Origin: Rebecca billardiae RCC1528
Lineage: Eukaryota; Protista; Haptophyta
Assembly (NCBI GenBank): GCA_965240325.2
Contig: OZ251240.1
Coordinates: forward strand, 124,001-188,000
DNA: 64,000 nt
Reading direction: 5' to 3'
In this document: positions 23,173-33,929 of the stretch, piece by piece
How positions within the stretch are numbered: the first letter of the stretch is position 1
How the letters are laid out: each line of letters opens with the position of its first letter
The notes under the pieces: model-generated
Databases searched by the model: none
What the model was told of the DNA's origin: nothing
What the model saw: only the letters and a program-made list of their open reading frames with translations
Program-made: the position numbers and the translations under genes

Positions 23173-25299
23173 ATGGTGTCGCGCGCTCCGAGGCTCGCCG
23201 CCCTCGCGCTCGGCTGCGCGGCGGCGTGCATCGGCGCGGCGTCGGCGGCGGGCGCGGTCGTGCCGCTCAACTCGAGCACCTTCGACGGCTTCGTCGCCGC
23301 GCACGAGTCCGTCCTCCTCCTCTTCTACGCGCCGTGGTGCGGCCACTCGCGCGCGCTGCTGCCGCAGTTTGAGCACGCCGCGCGCCTCGAGGGCGCGGCG
23401 GGCGGGCGGCTGTGCCCGTTCGGCACGGTGGACGGGAGCGAGAACGACGACCTCGCCGCGCGCTTCGACGTGCAGGGCTACCCCACCGTGCTGCTCCTGC
23501 GCCGCGCGGCCGCCGCACCGCCCAAGGAGTACCGCGGCGCGCGCGAGGCGCGCGCGCTCGCGGCGTGGGTGGGCGCGCAGCTCGCGCCCGAGCTGGGCGC
23601 GGTGGGCAGCGCGGAGGAGGCGTGGCGTCTCGCGCGCACCGCGCGCGCCGCCGCCATCGCGCTCCTCCCCGCCGCCGCGCCGCCCACCCTGCGCGCCGCC
23701 GTGCTGCTGAGCGCGGCCGAGCTCGACGGCCTGGCCTGGGCGGAGGCGGCGGACGCGGCCGCGCTGGGCGAGGCGCTGGGCGCGGCGCCGCCCGCGGTGG
23801 TGGTGCTCTCGGCGCTGTCCGACGAGCCCGAGGTCTTCGACCTCGCCGCGCCCGCGCCCGACGCCGCCGACGCCGCCGACGGCGCGCAGCAGCGCGCGCG
23901 CGACGCGCACGGCGGCGCGCGCGCGGACGAGGGCGCCGCGGCCGCGCTCGCGCGCGCGCTGGTCGAGTGGACGGACGCGGCGGCGGTGCCGCTGCTCGCG
24001 CCGTACGCCGAGGAGCGCGCGGAGGCGCTGTTCGGCACGCGCGCGCAGTACCACGCCCTCCTGCTCCACGCCGACCCCGACCCGCCCGACGGCGCCGGCG
24101 CGCCGTCCGCGGCGCGCGCGGCGCTCGAGGCGTCGGTGCGCGCCGCCGCGCTCGGCCTGCGCGGGCAGTTCACGTTCCTCAGCGTGGCGCTGGCGCAGGC
24201 GGCGGAGCTGGGCGAGTACGTGGGCGTCGCCGCCGACGCGCCGCGCGGCGGCGGCGCCCTCCCGCCGCCCGCCCTGGCGGTGGTGGAGGCCGGCTCCGCG
24301 CGCAAGTGGCGGTACTCGGGCGCGCCCGACGACCGCGCGGCGGTGGCTGCCTTTTTGGAGCGCGTGCGCTTCGGCCTCGAGCCGGCGTGGCTGCGCTCGG
24401 CGCCGCGCGCCGCGGGCGCGCCGCCGTTCCCGCCGCCGCAGCCGGGCGCGGTGATCGAGCTGAGCGGCGCGGAGCTCGGCGCCCTGCTGAGCCAGCCGCA
24501 GGGGCCGGGCGGCGTGCGCTACCTGCTGCTGCTGCTGTACGCGCCCTGGTGCGGCCACAGCAAGCGCTTTGAGGCCACGTGCGCGCGCGCACAAGCACCG
24601 CAAGCAGCGCGAGCAGCGCGCGAGGCAGCGCGCACGCGCGCGCGCCGCGCGCCGCCGCGCCGCGCGCCCACACCGCGCCGCTGCCCCCGCCGCCGCCGCC
24701 GCCGCCGCCGCAGGTACGCGGAGCTGGCGCGAGAGCTGGCTGGCGCGGCACACACGATGGTGGCGCGCCTCGACGGCACGGCCAACGACCTGCCCGCCGC
24801 GGCCGCGCCCGGCGCCGGCGCCGGCTCCGCGCTGGGCGTGGGCGAGGTGGGCGCGTACCCCACGCTGCTGCTCTACGCGCCGCGCCCCTCAGCCGAGCTC
24901 GGCTGGGCGGAGGTGCGCGCGCGTGCGCGCGTGCTCGCGGCCCTCGGCGCGCGTGCGCGCCTGAGGGGCGCGGGGCGCGCGGCGCGTCGGTGCGGCGCGG
25001 CCGTTGGCTCAGGCACGCCCGCGCCTCGGGCCCGTGCGCGCCCCCTTGCGCGCGCGTGCGTCCGCCCCCGCCCCCGCCCCGCCGCCCCCCAGCCGGTCGA
25101 GTACACGGGCACGCGCGGGCGGGGGGCGGTGCTGCAGTGGGCGCTGGCGGAGATGGCGGAGGCGGACCGGCCGTGGCTGGGCGAGGGCGCGGCGCGCGAG
25201 GCGGAGGCGCCCGCCAGCGCGGAGGGGCCGGCCGGCGCAGGCGCGCGCCAGCCGCTGCACGGCACCGCCGACGCCGCCGCGCCCAAGCAGGAGCTCTGA
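23173..25299 (+). CDS. Protein disulfide isomerase-like protein with two WCGHS sites and C-terminal KQEL. Introns 24579-24713 and 24913-25092
   Basis: Signal peptide, FYAPWCGHS and LYAPWCGHS, DVQGYPT and GAYPTL cis-Pro loops, ARLDGTANDL, KDEL-like end. Both introns are in-frame GTGCGC...CAG. Confidence 0.9.
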   Translation: MVSRAPRLAALALGCAAACIGAASAAGAVVPLNSSTFDGFVAAHESVLLLFYAPWCGHSRALLPQFEHAARLEGAAGGRLCPFGTVDGSENDDLAARFDVQGYPTVLLLRRAAAAPPKEYRGAREARALAAWVGAQLAPELGAVGSAEEAWRLARTARAAAIALLPAAAPPTLRAAVLLSAAELDGLAWAEAADAAALGEALGAAPPAVVVLSALSDEPEVFDLAAPAPDAADAADGAQQRARDAHGGARADEGAAAALARALVEWTDAAAVPLLAPYAEERAEALFGTRAQYHALLLHADPDPPDGAGAPSAARAALEASVRAAALGLRGQFTFLSVALAQAAELGEYVGVAADAPRGGGALPPPALAVVEAGSARKWRYSGAPDDRAAVAAFLERVRFGLEPAWLRSAPRAAGAPPFPPPQPGAVIELSGAELGALLSQPQGPGGVRYLLLLLYAPWCGHSKRFEATCARAQAPQAARAAREAARTRARRAPPRRAPTPRRCPRRRRRRRRRYAELARELAGAAHTMVARLDGTANDLPAAAAPGAGAGSALGVGEVGAYPTLLLYAPRPSAELGWAEVRARARVLAALGARARLRGAGRAARRCGAAVGSGTPAPRARARPLARACVRPRPRPAAPQPVEYTGTRGRGAVLQWALAEMAEADRPWLGEGAAREAEAPASAEGPAGAGARQPLHGTADAAAPKQEL

Positions 25300-25348
25300 G
25301 AACTGGGCGCTGGAGGCGCTTAGCGCTGCGGGCGCCGCCCCCTGAGCG

Positions 25349-25442
25349 CTCCGAGCGGCAGCAGCGCCAAGGGGCGCTCACAGTCACAGCCATAGGCACA
25401 CAGCGCGCTGTGAGCGCCCCTTGGCGCTGCTGCCGCTCGGAG
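25349..25442. repeat. Perfect 35-bp inverted repeat with a 24-nt loop
   Basis: 25349-25383 ctccgagcggcagcagcgccaaggggcgctcacag is the exact reverse complement of 25408-25442. Confidence 0.95.
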
Positions 25443-26493
25443 TGGCCCGCGGCGGGCGGATCGAGAAGCCTCCGACTGCGTCAAGTCTGACTCATCTGCT
25501 GACGACTTTTGAGCTGCCATCGCAGCAGTCTTCCGCAACCGCGGCCAGTGTGAGTCGTGTGAGTCTGTGACCTGTCCGGCCGCTGCTCGCGGCGGAGTCG
25601 GCGGCGGGCGGGCCCTGGGCGTGGGCCTGGGCCTGTGTCTGTGAGTAGTCTGTAGTGTGACGAGTGTGAGTGTGACAGTGAGTGTGCGACTGCCGCCGCC
25701 GGGCTCACTACTATCATCACTATAGTCACTCGGCGACTGCGAGGGCCCGACTCCGAATGACCGAATATTAATCGTGGCGGCATCAGCGCGCGCGCCAATT
25801 TTCCATATATACTATTTATTTCCGCCGCAATCGACTGGGCCGGCGGCCAGGCCCAGTGGCACCGCGTCCGGGACTGTCCGGGACGCTCGCAACGCTGCGC
25901 CGGCGCATCACACTTTCACAGCGACGATGATGCGTGATGCCGCCGTCGTAGTAGTACGTGCCTGGCAGTCACGCGCATGCAGCGCGCAAGGTGGCAGTCG
26001 ACACAGTGTAGGCACCGGCCACCGCGCGCACTGCTGATCGTCCGACAGCGGAGCCGGAGAGTCCGACGCCCGCCGACGGCGCTTCGGAAGGTCGTTATTG
26101 TCTTCTGCCTGCAGGAAAAACTAATATTGCGCTGCTGCCGTCAAGCAAAACGAACATCTGCGCGCGATAAAAAGAAATTAAATCTTCGCCACCTTGCGGC
26201 CTCGTGCTGCGTGCTCCCGCGCCGATCACGGTGCGCCGCGGCGAGGGGGCGCGTGCACGCGCGGGCGCCGCGCCGCGCGGGGCTCCCAAGGATTCAAACT
26301 TTTCATCCAAACTAGCTACTAGACCGCAATCCCTGAGCGAGATTACTACGGGGATGAGGGAGCCAGCCGCGCGGGCGCTGGGGAGGAGGGCGCGCCGCCG
26401 CGCGCGCGCGCGCGCCCGCCCGTCTTTGCGCGCCGCGCCGCCCCTGCACGTATAATCAGCGGCCCCGCGGCAGCCCAGCCGCCCGCCGCCTTC

Positions 26494-27489
26494 ATGACGT
26501 GCGCACAGTGCTGCACGGCCCAAATTAGCGCCGCCGCCGTGCAATACGGCGCCGCGCGGCAGTCCTTGCCGCGCGCGCGCCGCGCTCCTGGCGCCGGCGT
26601 CAGTCAGCCGCGCCACACGCCACGCGCCACACGCCACGCGCCACACGCCACACGCCACGCGCGCACTGCCGCGCTGCCGCGCTGCCGCACGCCGCACGTG
26701 GGGCGGAGCCGCTCAGCCGTGCGCGCAACCCCCCCCCTCCCCGCGCGCTGCTGCATCCCTCCGCTTGCGCCAGGCTGCGCCCGCCGACGCCCGCCGCCGC
26801 AGCTGCTGCAGCCGCCGCAGCCGCCGCAGCCGCTGCAGCTGCAGCCGCAGCCGCAGGTGCGCAGCGCGCGCGCCCTCGCGCGCGCAGAGCACACGCGGCC
26901 CGCGGGATGGGGGTTTCACCGTCCGGGCCCTTCAGCCGGACGCCCACCGCAGCAGCAGCACTCCTCTTGCGACGGCCTGCGGCCTCTGCATGGCCGCGCT
27001 GGTCTACTACGGGAGTGCGAGAGGACGCGTCTCTGGCGCCACCCCGACTATTGCGCGGCGCGCGGCCCTCAGCGCTGGGAGCAGGGCTGGGGGCACGTGT
27101 GCGCTGCGTGCCGCAGAGGGGGGGCACGCACGCGCCGCGCGCGCGCACCGCCCGCGTGCGCAGTCAGCAAAAGCGCCGCCGTGGCTCGGCCGTCGCCACG
27201 GCGGTCGTCAACGCTCGACGAGAGCAGCGCCGCACCGCCTCAGCGCGCACGCGGCTGGCAGCATAGGAAGCGCCGTGGGCCCACTGCCACGCGCGCGTCG
27301 ATCGCGGCCCACAGCGCCGTGCGCGCCGCACGCGCGCCTGCCGTGCGGCTGCTGCGGTCGGGACCCGCGGCGCCCCCCGCCCCCTGCCTCTGCGCGCGTC
27401 GGACCTGCGGCTGCGCTCATCGCCGCGCGCGCCCGGCGGCGCCCGCGCGCGTGCGCAGCAGGGCCGCAGCCGCGCCGGAGCGCATCTGA
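26494..27489 (+). CDS. Possible small spliced hypothetical protein (structure unresolved)
   Basis: ATG-initiated ORF. Coding-like Cys/Trp-rich blocks (MTCAQCC...; RECERTRLWRHPDYC...WEQGWGHVCAAC) alternate with intron-like GC tracts. Confidence 0.3.
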   Translation: MTCAQCCTAQISAAAVQYGAARQSLPRARRAPGAGVSQPRHTPRATRHAPHATRHARTAALPRCRTPHVGRSRSAVRATPPLPARCCIPPLAPGCARRRPPPQLLQPPQPPQPLQLQPQPQVRSARALARAEHTRPAGWGFHRPGPSAGRPPQQQHSSCDGLRPLHGRAGLLRECERTRLWRHPDYCAARGPQRWEQGWGHVCAACRRGGARTRRARAPPACAVSKSAAVARPSPRRSSTLDESSAAPPQRARGWQHRKRRGPTATRASIAAHSAVRAARAPAVRLLRSGPAAPPAPCLCARRTCGCAHRRARPAAPARVRSRAAAAPERI

Positions 27490-29663
27490 CGGCGGGCGCG
27501 CCGCGCTGCTACTTGTCTCCGCCGCACCGCCTTTCCACCCGCCGGCGTCGCCGCCCGTCCATCGCTTCCCAGGGCACTCGCGCTGACGCTGCCGGCGGCA
27601 ATGGCGCCGTGCGAGTCTGCCTGTGGCGCCCGTCTACTGTACAGTGATGCCAGCGGATATGACGACGTCTGCGACTGCAGCTGTCTGACGACGCGGACTG
27701 TGACGGTCAGCGTCCGACGATTGACGACGACTCATTTTACACCGCCGACGATGTATCACGCGGCCGGGCGTACGCCAGACACATCACGACGACTCGGCCT
27801 GACCGTTATTCTTTATTATAATAATATTTATAATAATACAATAACTGAATTATTAATAATATATTTAACGACGTGGCAGCATCGGACAAGCGTCAGTAGG
27901 CTCAGAGTGCAGCAGACACATAGAATGCGTCCGCGCCTTCCGTCCAGGTCAGACAGTGCGCCACCCGCAGCCCTGCCCCCCTACGGGAGCGGGGCCGCCG
28001 GGGTCAGGGTGGAGCACCGCCTCGGCCTGGGGCACGCGGCGGCGACGGCAGATGCCGCCGCGGCCGAGCGCCTTCCGGAGCACTTGGATGAGGGTGAGGT
28101 CGTATTCGATGTCGCCGCCCGCCGACCTAGCGGCGAGTAGCTCCGGCAAGCGGCAGCCGCGGCTGTCGCCCCCGTGCGCCCGCGTGGGCGCCTGGATGAG
28201 GATGAGGTCGTAGGACGCGTCGCCGCGCGCCGGCCAAGCGGCGCGCAGCTGTCGCAGATGAAGAGGGGCTTGGAGAGTGAGCGCGCCGCCTTATATGTAT
28301 ATATACGACTTTTAGTTTTACTCACTGATATCGATTATCAAGATATATATATATATTATTTCACCGGACGTGATGGTAAGCTACGCTATGCAACGGGCAA
28401 GCGTCATCAGGCTCAAACTCAGAGTGGCAGCAGACACAGCATAGAATATGCGTCCGCGCCTTCCGACCAGGTCAGGCAGTGCGCCATTCCATGATTTTAG
28501 ACGATACGATATTCAGAAGATCTGCTCGACAGGAATGATGACATATTCAAGTGTTGGGTTCAAACGCGAGCAGTCCTGCTAAAAACTCACCGGCGCGTTG
28601 ACGGTGCGCCGTCGACGATGACGCCCACCGAGGCAATCTTCGTTCGCTCTTCGGATGAGCAAAGCTAATCCTCCCGCCGAGCCTTTTGGCTGCGGCGAGG
28701 TGACCCGGCGTTTGCGGCTCGGCTTCGGGGAATCTGTTACCTTCCCAAAACCCCGCTCCCGTGCGTCTGCCAATCGCAGGCGTTCCCGACGCACCGCCGT
28801 AAGTCCATCTTTCCCCCACGTATTCGGTATATATAATATGTCAATAGACGTGGGTAACCGATGATGATGCTGGTTGCACACGGTTCGTGATTGTGTGTGC
28901 ACGTTGAGTCCGGACGTCCTGGTCCATGAATGAAACGTTCGAGTCCAAAAGTCGTTCCTTGGACTCTCCCACGATGGCGCCGGGCCATGCCGTGCGGCGT
29001 GCCGCCATCGTACCGCGCTGCGCCGGGCCGTACCGCCCGCGCACGCTCCGCGCCCGTGCCGCTCTGCGCCCGCGCTGCCGCGCCCGCGCTCCGCGTCGAC
29101 GTCGCTCCGCGCCAGCGCTGCTGCGCCCGCGCTCCTGCCGCCGCGGTGCGCCGCGCCGCGCGCGCGGCCGCGCCAGCCAGCCAGCCACCGCTCCGTAGCT
29201 GCTGGCGCCGGCCCGCCTGGTGTGGCGCCGGCCCTGACGTCCCAGCGGCGACGCCATCTGCTGAGATGCGCGCCCCAGGCTGCGTCAGCTCAACATCAAT
29301 AATATTTAAATAGTTATTATTATAATTATCTATCTATATATACATATATATATATATATATACATAGGCGACGCCCACAGGCCGTCTCACTCTGAGTCTG
29401 ATTTAGATTTTAGGCCGGCACGGGTGCATGCCAACGGGCAGGCGTCAGCCGAGTCAGCAAGCGGCAGCAGCAGATCGGGCAGCATATGGGACGGGGCAGC
29501 GCTACTGGATCACTGAACCGTCGCGGGGCATGACACGGATGACGGGTTGCACGCCCCGTCTCAGACTCGAACCGTCGGACCCGACTCTGACTGAAACTGA
29601 GTTACTCGGGCCGACAACTGCGAGCGGTGCCACTACGGCCCGCTGGAAGGCGCCGCGCCCGGC

Positions 29664-30164
29664 TCATGGTGCGACGCGGACGGGCACGAGGCGGCGCTCG
29701 GTGAACAGCAGGCCGAGCAGGTTGAACGGGAAGAGGAACGGGCACGTGAGGATGCAGCAGAAGAGGCCGGCCGGGGAGACTGTCTCGTGCTCCACCAGCA
29801 CGTGCCCAGGCGGCGGGCTGAGGGTGCTGCCGACGAGGAGGACCTCGCGCTGGCGCCTCGGCCTGCGCCAGGAGCTGTGGGCGGGGCGCGAGTCCTCCTC
29901 CTGCTGCAGCTGCCGCGCGAGCTCCTCGTCTGTGAGTGGGCGCCCCGGCAGCGGCGGCGGCGGCGGCGGCGGCGGTGCGTCCTTGTCGGGCGCGGCAACG
30001 CGCACGACGTCGCCGCCGCGCACGTTGGGCGGCACCTCGACGCTCATCTGCACGCCGCCGACCTCGGCGAGGAATGATTCGCCGGGGCCGAGGCCGTCGG
30101 GCACGGTGACCTCGTACATCGTGGGGTCCTTGGTCGTCTCGGCGTGGGCGGTGGGGGGCGGCAT
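29664..30164 (-). CDS. Small protein: VPDG/VPPN beta module, polyPro, MIU/UIM-like DEELARQLQQEE, Cys-rich hydrophobic C-terminus
   Basis: ATG at 30164, typical codon usage, motifs visible in the translation (GLFCCILTCPFLFPFNLLGLL). Confidence 0.75.
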   Translation of the reverse strand: MPPPTAHAETTKDPTMYEVTVPDGLGPGESFLAEVGGVQMSVEVPPNVRGGDVVRVAAPDKDAPPPPPPPPLPGRPLTDEELARQLQQEEDSRPAHSSWRRPRRQREVLLVGSTLSPPPGHVLVEHETVSPAGLFCCILTCPFLFPFNLLGLLFTERRLVPVRVAP

Positions 30165-30291
30165 GGGCGCGGGAAGCAAGTTCTACGCGGCTTTCAGCGG
30201 CGGCGGACGGCCGGTTGGTCAGCACGCCGCCCGACTTTCGCGTCTTGGCTTTCCAGATCTGCGTACTTTCAAAGCAAATGCGCTTTGAGAA

Positions 30292-31206
30292 TAGTCCCCC
30301 TCGGGGCACGATGGCTGCCGGCAGTTGAGGCAAAAGCCTTGCCGCAAGGCTTTTGGTTCGTGATGGCGACCCGCTGCGTGCCAGTGCGGCACGACGCACA
30401 AGGGCCGAGGTATGGGAGGCATGAGAGTGCGGGCACGGCAGGGCGCGGGGGTTTGGTGGTCGTAGATGACTCTTCTTCAGGCCTTGGCATCGCTGGGCGA
30501 CTCGTATCCACCTCTCTCCAGCTCCTCTTGTCCCTGCTTCCGCATGGCCAGTGATCGACGTGCACGCCGACCGTGCACGGGCAAAGGCAAGTGCATAACG
30601 CCGGGGGAGGTCGGAGTTGTGGGTGGTGGATGCTTGCGTATCTTTCATGGAACGCCGTCAGCGCTCGCAGCTCGCCTGTAGCTTCGCTCGCCGCTCCAGG
30701 GCCGGCGTCTCCGTTCCCGTGGTAGTATACCAGGCATGACGGTGATTGCTTTTTGAATTGGGATTTTTCTGCAGCTTCTGTCGTGTATGGCTCTGGAGCT
30801 CTTCTTGGGGGTGTCTGCAAGGATCGGATGGGCTCGAGAGCTCGCGCACGCGCTGGCAGCCTCCCTCTGAAGGCTACGTGCACTGCTCACTTTCACCCAT
30901 CCAGGAGCGCAGGGTAAGAAACCGAGCAGGGAGCCGTGCGGGCAGGCGTCCGATCAAAGATCACAGCAGCGGTCGCTTGCACATGCCAAGCGACAGTGGA
31001 GGTAGATTGCAGGCGCCAATGTGCATAGATACCTCATGCACGTGCATGCCACACAACCCGTAACGCCACACGCGCCGTCGCGCCCGTGGTGTCCGGGTGG
31101 GCGCTCCCTCGTTGTGCGAGAGATGGCCCACGCTGGGAGCGATGGGCAGCCATCTCGCGAGCCGCGGCAAGGCTTTTGAGCCGGACTGGCGCCCCGAGGG
31201 GGACTA
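30292..31206. mobile_element. 915-bp non-autonomous TIR element (MITE) with 16-bp perfect TIRs and a 7-bp TSD
   Basis: TIRs tagtccccctcggggc (30292-30307) and gccccgagggggacta (31191-31206). TTGAGAA at 30285-30291 and 31207-31213. Subterminal inverted caaaagccttgccgc / gcggcaaggcttttg. Confidence 0.9.
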
Positions 31207-31404
31207 TTGAGAAGCGTTGACGCCGACCAAGGGAGAGCACCGACCAACGGAACGGGCCAACTCCAGGCGCGTGACAGGTCCGGACGTGCGCAGCGCGCCG
31301 GCGGCAGGGCCCGCTTGCGTCCGGTACCGGGCGTGAGAGCACTGCGAGCAAACTGGGCCATCCGGGGACCCGCAGCGGGCCGCGTGGCCAAAGCCCCCGC
31401 CGCG

Positions 31405-33309
31405 ATGGCGGCGTACGCGCCCGTGGCCGTGCGCAAGCCGCCGCCCTCCGGGCGCGAGCCGACGGCGGAGGCGCGGTACTGGCGCCGCTTCAAGCCGCAC
31501 GCGACGTTTCCCCAGCTCGCCACGCCCACCGCCATCGCCTTCTCGCCCACCGCGCCGCACCAGTTCGCCGCGAACGCGTCGGCGCACGTGCGCGTGTACG
31601 ACCTCGCGCCGTGCGCAGAGGCGCGCGCGCTCAACTGCTTCAAGAGCCAGGTGCACGCGCTCGCGTTCCGGTGCGACGGGCGGCTGCTGGGCGCGGGCGA
31701 CGACGTGGGCGACGTGCACATCCTGCAGCCCACCAAGCGCACCGCCATGGCCATCCTCAAGGGCGGGCACAGCCGCGCGGTGCACGCGCTCTGCTGGGCG
31801 GCCTCTTCCACGCAGCACCTCGCGAGCGCGGGCGACGGCGGCGAGATCGCGCTGTGGGACGTGGGCGCGCGGAGCATGCGCTCGACGCTCCGCGCGCACA
31901 CCGACCGCGTCCGCGCGCTCTGCGGCTACGACGACGGCGACGGCGCCCCGGGCGACGCGCTCCTCCTCTCCGCCTCCCACGACCACAGCGCCCGCCTGTG
32001 GGACGCGCGCGCGGGCGGCTGCGTGCTCACGCTGCAGCACGCGCAGCCGCTCGAGGCGGTGCTCGCGCTGCCCGGCGGCGGCGCGGTCGCGTGCGCGTGC
32101 GGCCCGTCGGTCTGCATCTGGGACCTCGTCGGCGGCGGCCGCCTCCTCGCCACCCTCTCCCCGCACGCCAAGGCGGTGCAGTCGCTCATGCTCGGCGCGG
32201 ACGGCGCGCAGCTGCTGAGCGCGGGCCTCGACGGCCAGCTCAAGGCGCACGACGCGCGGACGCACGCGGTGTGCGCGTCGATCAGGCTGACGGGGCCGTG
32301 CGTCGCCGCGGCGCTCGCGCCGCGCGACACGCACCTCGTCAGCGCGCACGTCGACGGCACCCTCGCCGTGCGCAAGCGCACGGACGGCGGCGGCGGCGGC
32401 GGCCGCGGCGGCGGCGGCGGCCGCGCGGCCGCGGCGGAGGAGGGCGGTGGCGCGGCCGTGCTGGGCGGCATCGGCGGCGTGCCCGGCGCGGTGGTGCCGC
32501 AGCAGCCGCGGCCGGAGCGCCACCTCGGCACCACGCCGGGCAGCTACCGCTACTTCTACCGCGGCGCCAAGCGCGCGCCCGCCGTGGAGGACCGCGTGGT
32601 GGCCGCGCCCAAGCAGCCCAAGCTCAAGCCGCACGACGCGGCGCTGCGCGCGTTCAGGTGAGACGCCGCCCGTGCTGCCGCCCCTGCTGCCGCTGCCGCC
32701 CCCGCCCCCGCTGCTGGGCTGGGCGGGCTGGGCCGGGCTGGGCGCAGAGGGCGGGGCGGCGGTGGGCGAGGCGCAGCACGCGCAGGCGTGCGGGGAGCAC
32801 GAGCATGTGCACGCACCGCGCCCCCGCCACCAGCCGCACCGACCACACCGCCCGGCGCGCGCGCCCCGGCGCCCCCGCGCCCCGCGCCCGCCCCGCGCCC
32901 AACCGGCGGCAGGTACCGCGAGGCGCTGGACGCGGCGCTCAAGGCGCACGAGCCAGCGACGGTGGTGGCGGTGCTCGAGGAGCTCGCCGAGCGCGGCGGG
33001 CTGCGCGCCGCGCTCGACGGGCGCGACGACGCCGCACTCGAGCCGGTGCTGCGCTTCCTCACGCGCAACATTGCAAAGCCGGCGCATGCGCGGCTGTGCG
33101 CGCGCGTGACCGGGCTGCTGCTCGCGCTGTACGACGAGTCGGCGTGGGGCTCGGAGCTGAACGCGGCGCTGCTGCTCAAGCTGCGCTCGGTGGTGGACGG
33201 CGAGCTCGCCGCGCAGCAGGCGCTCACGCGGCTGGCCGGCACCGTCGAGGCGCTGCTCGCCAACGCGAGCGCGGCGCCGCCGCCGTCCGACGCTCCTGGG
33301 GCGGCGTGA
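31405..33309 (+). CDS. UTP15: U3 snoRNA-associated protein 15 (WD40 + UTP15_C). Exons 31405-32657, 32913-33309
   Basis: EARYWRRFK N-terminus, FRCDGRLLGAGD, HTDRVR, SASHDHSARLWDAR, GSYRYFYRG, LRAFRYREALDAAL, VLEELAERGGLRAALDGRDD. Confidence 0.92.
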
Positions 33310-33929
33310 GGCGCGGAGGGAGGGAGAGGGGGCGCGGCGCGATGGTGCGGTGGCGAGGCGGCCGCACTGCGCACGCGCGCGCGCCCGGGCGCGCGCACGA
33401 AACGGGCCATCGGCCGACTCGGGGGCCGGCCGGCGGCGGTCGTGTGCCCGGCCGAGGCACGATGGCTCATGGCGCCTCAAGTCTGAGATGCGGCTTGAAA
33501 GCACCGGCCATTCGGCCAATGGGCAGCCGAATATAATATTCTGCGTCGGCCGCGAGCCGGCGTTGAAGCCCGAGTTCCCTTCAATCAATAATGATGCTGA
33601 TGAAAATAATATGAGCAACAGACCGCGACTTCGCGTGCACGAAGGGACACGCCGGGATCCAGGCAGCCAGGCGAGTCAGCGATTGGCCGGCCGACTCACC
33701 AGCACAGACCAGTCAAAAGACCAAGCGCGAATCGACGCGGCGCCACCAACGGAATAATGAAACGGGGATAGCGTTCGTCATAATCGAGCAGGAATCTTGG
33801 TCGCATCTTGAGGACCGGTTGCGCGCATCATCGCCTAAACGTCAAACCGCACGCGCTGTGACGCGGTGGTGTGCACCGTCCGACGCACGGCGCCCGCAAC
33901 TCCCGGCGGCGCTGACGAACGGCGCCGAG

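Noticed and set aside
25297-25442. Selenocysteine read-through of the PDI TGA with a SECIS
   Set aside because: The TGA follows KQEL, the active sites use TGC, and the hairpin lacks the SECIS GA quartet.
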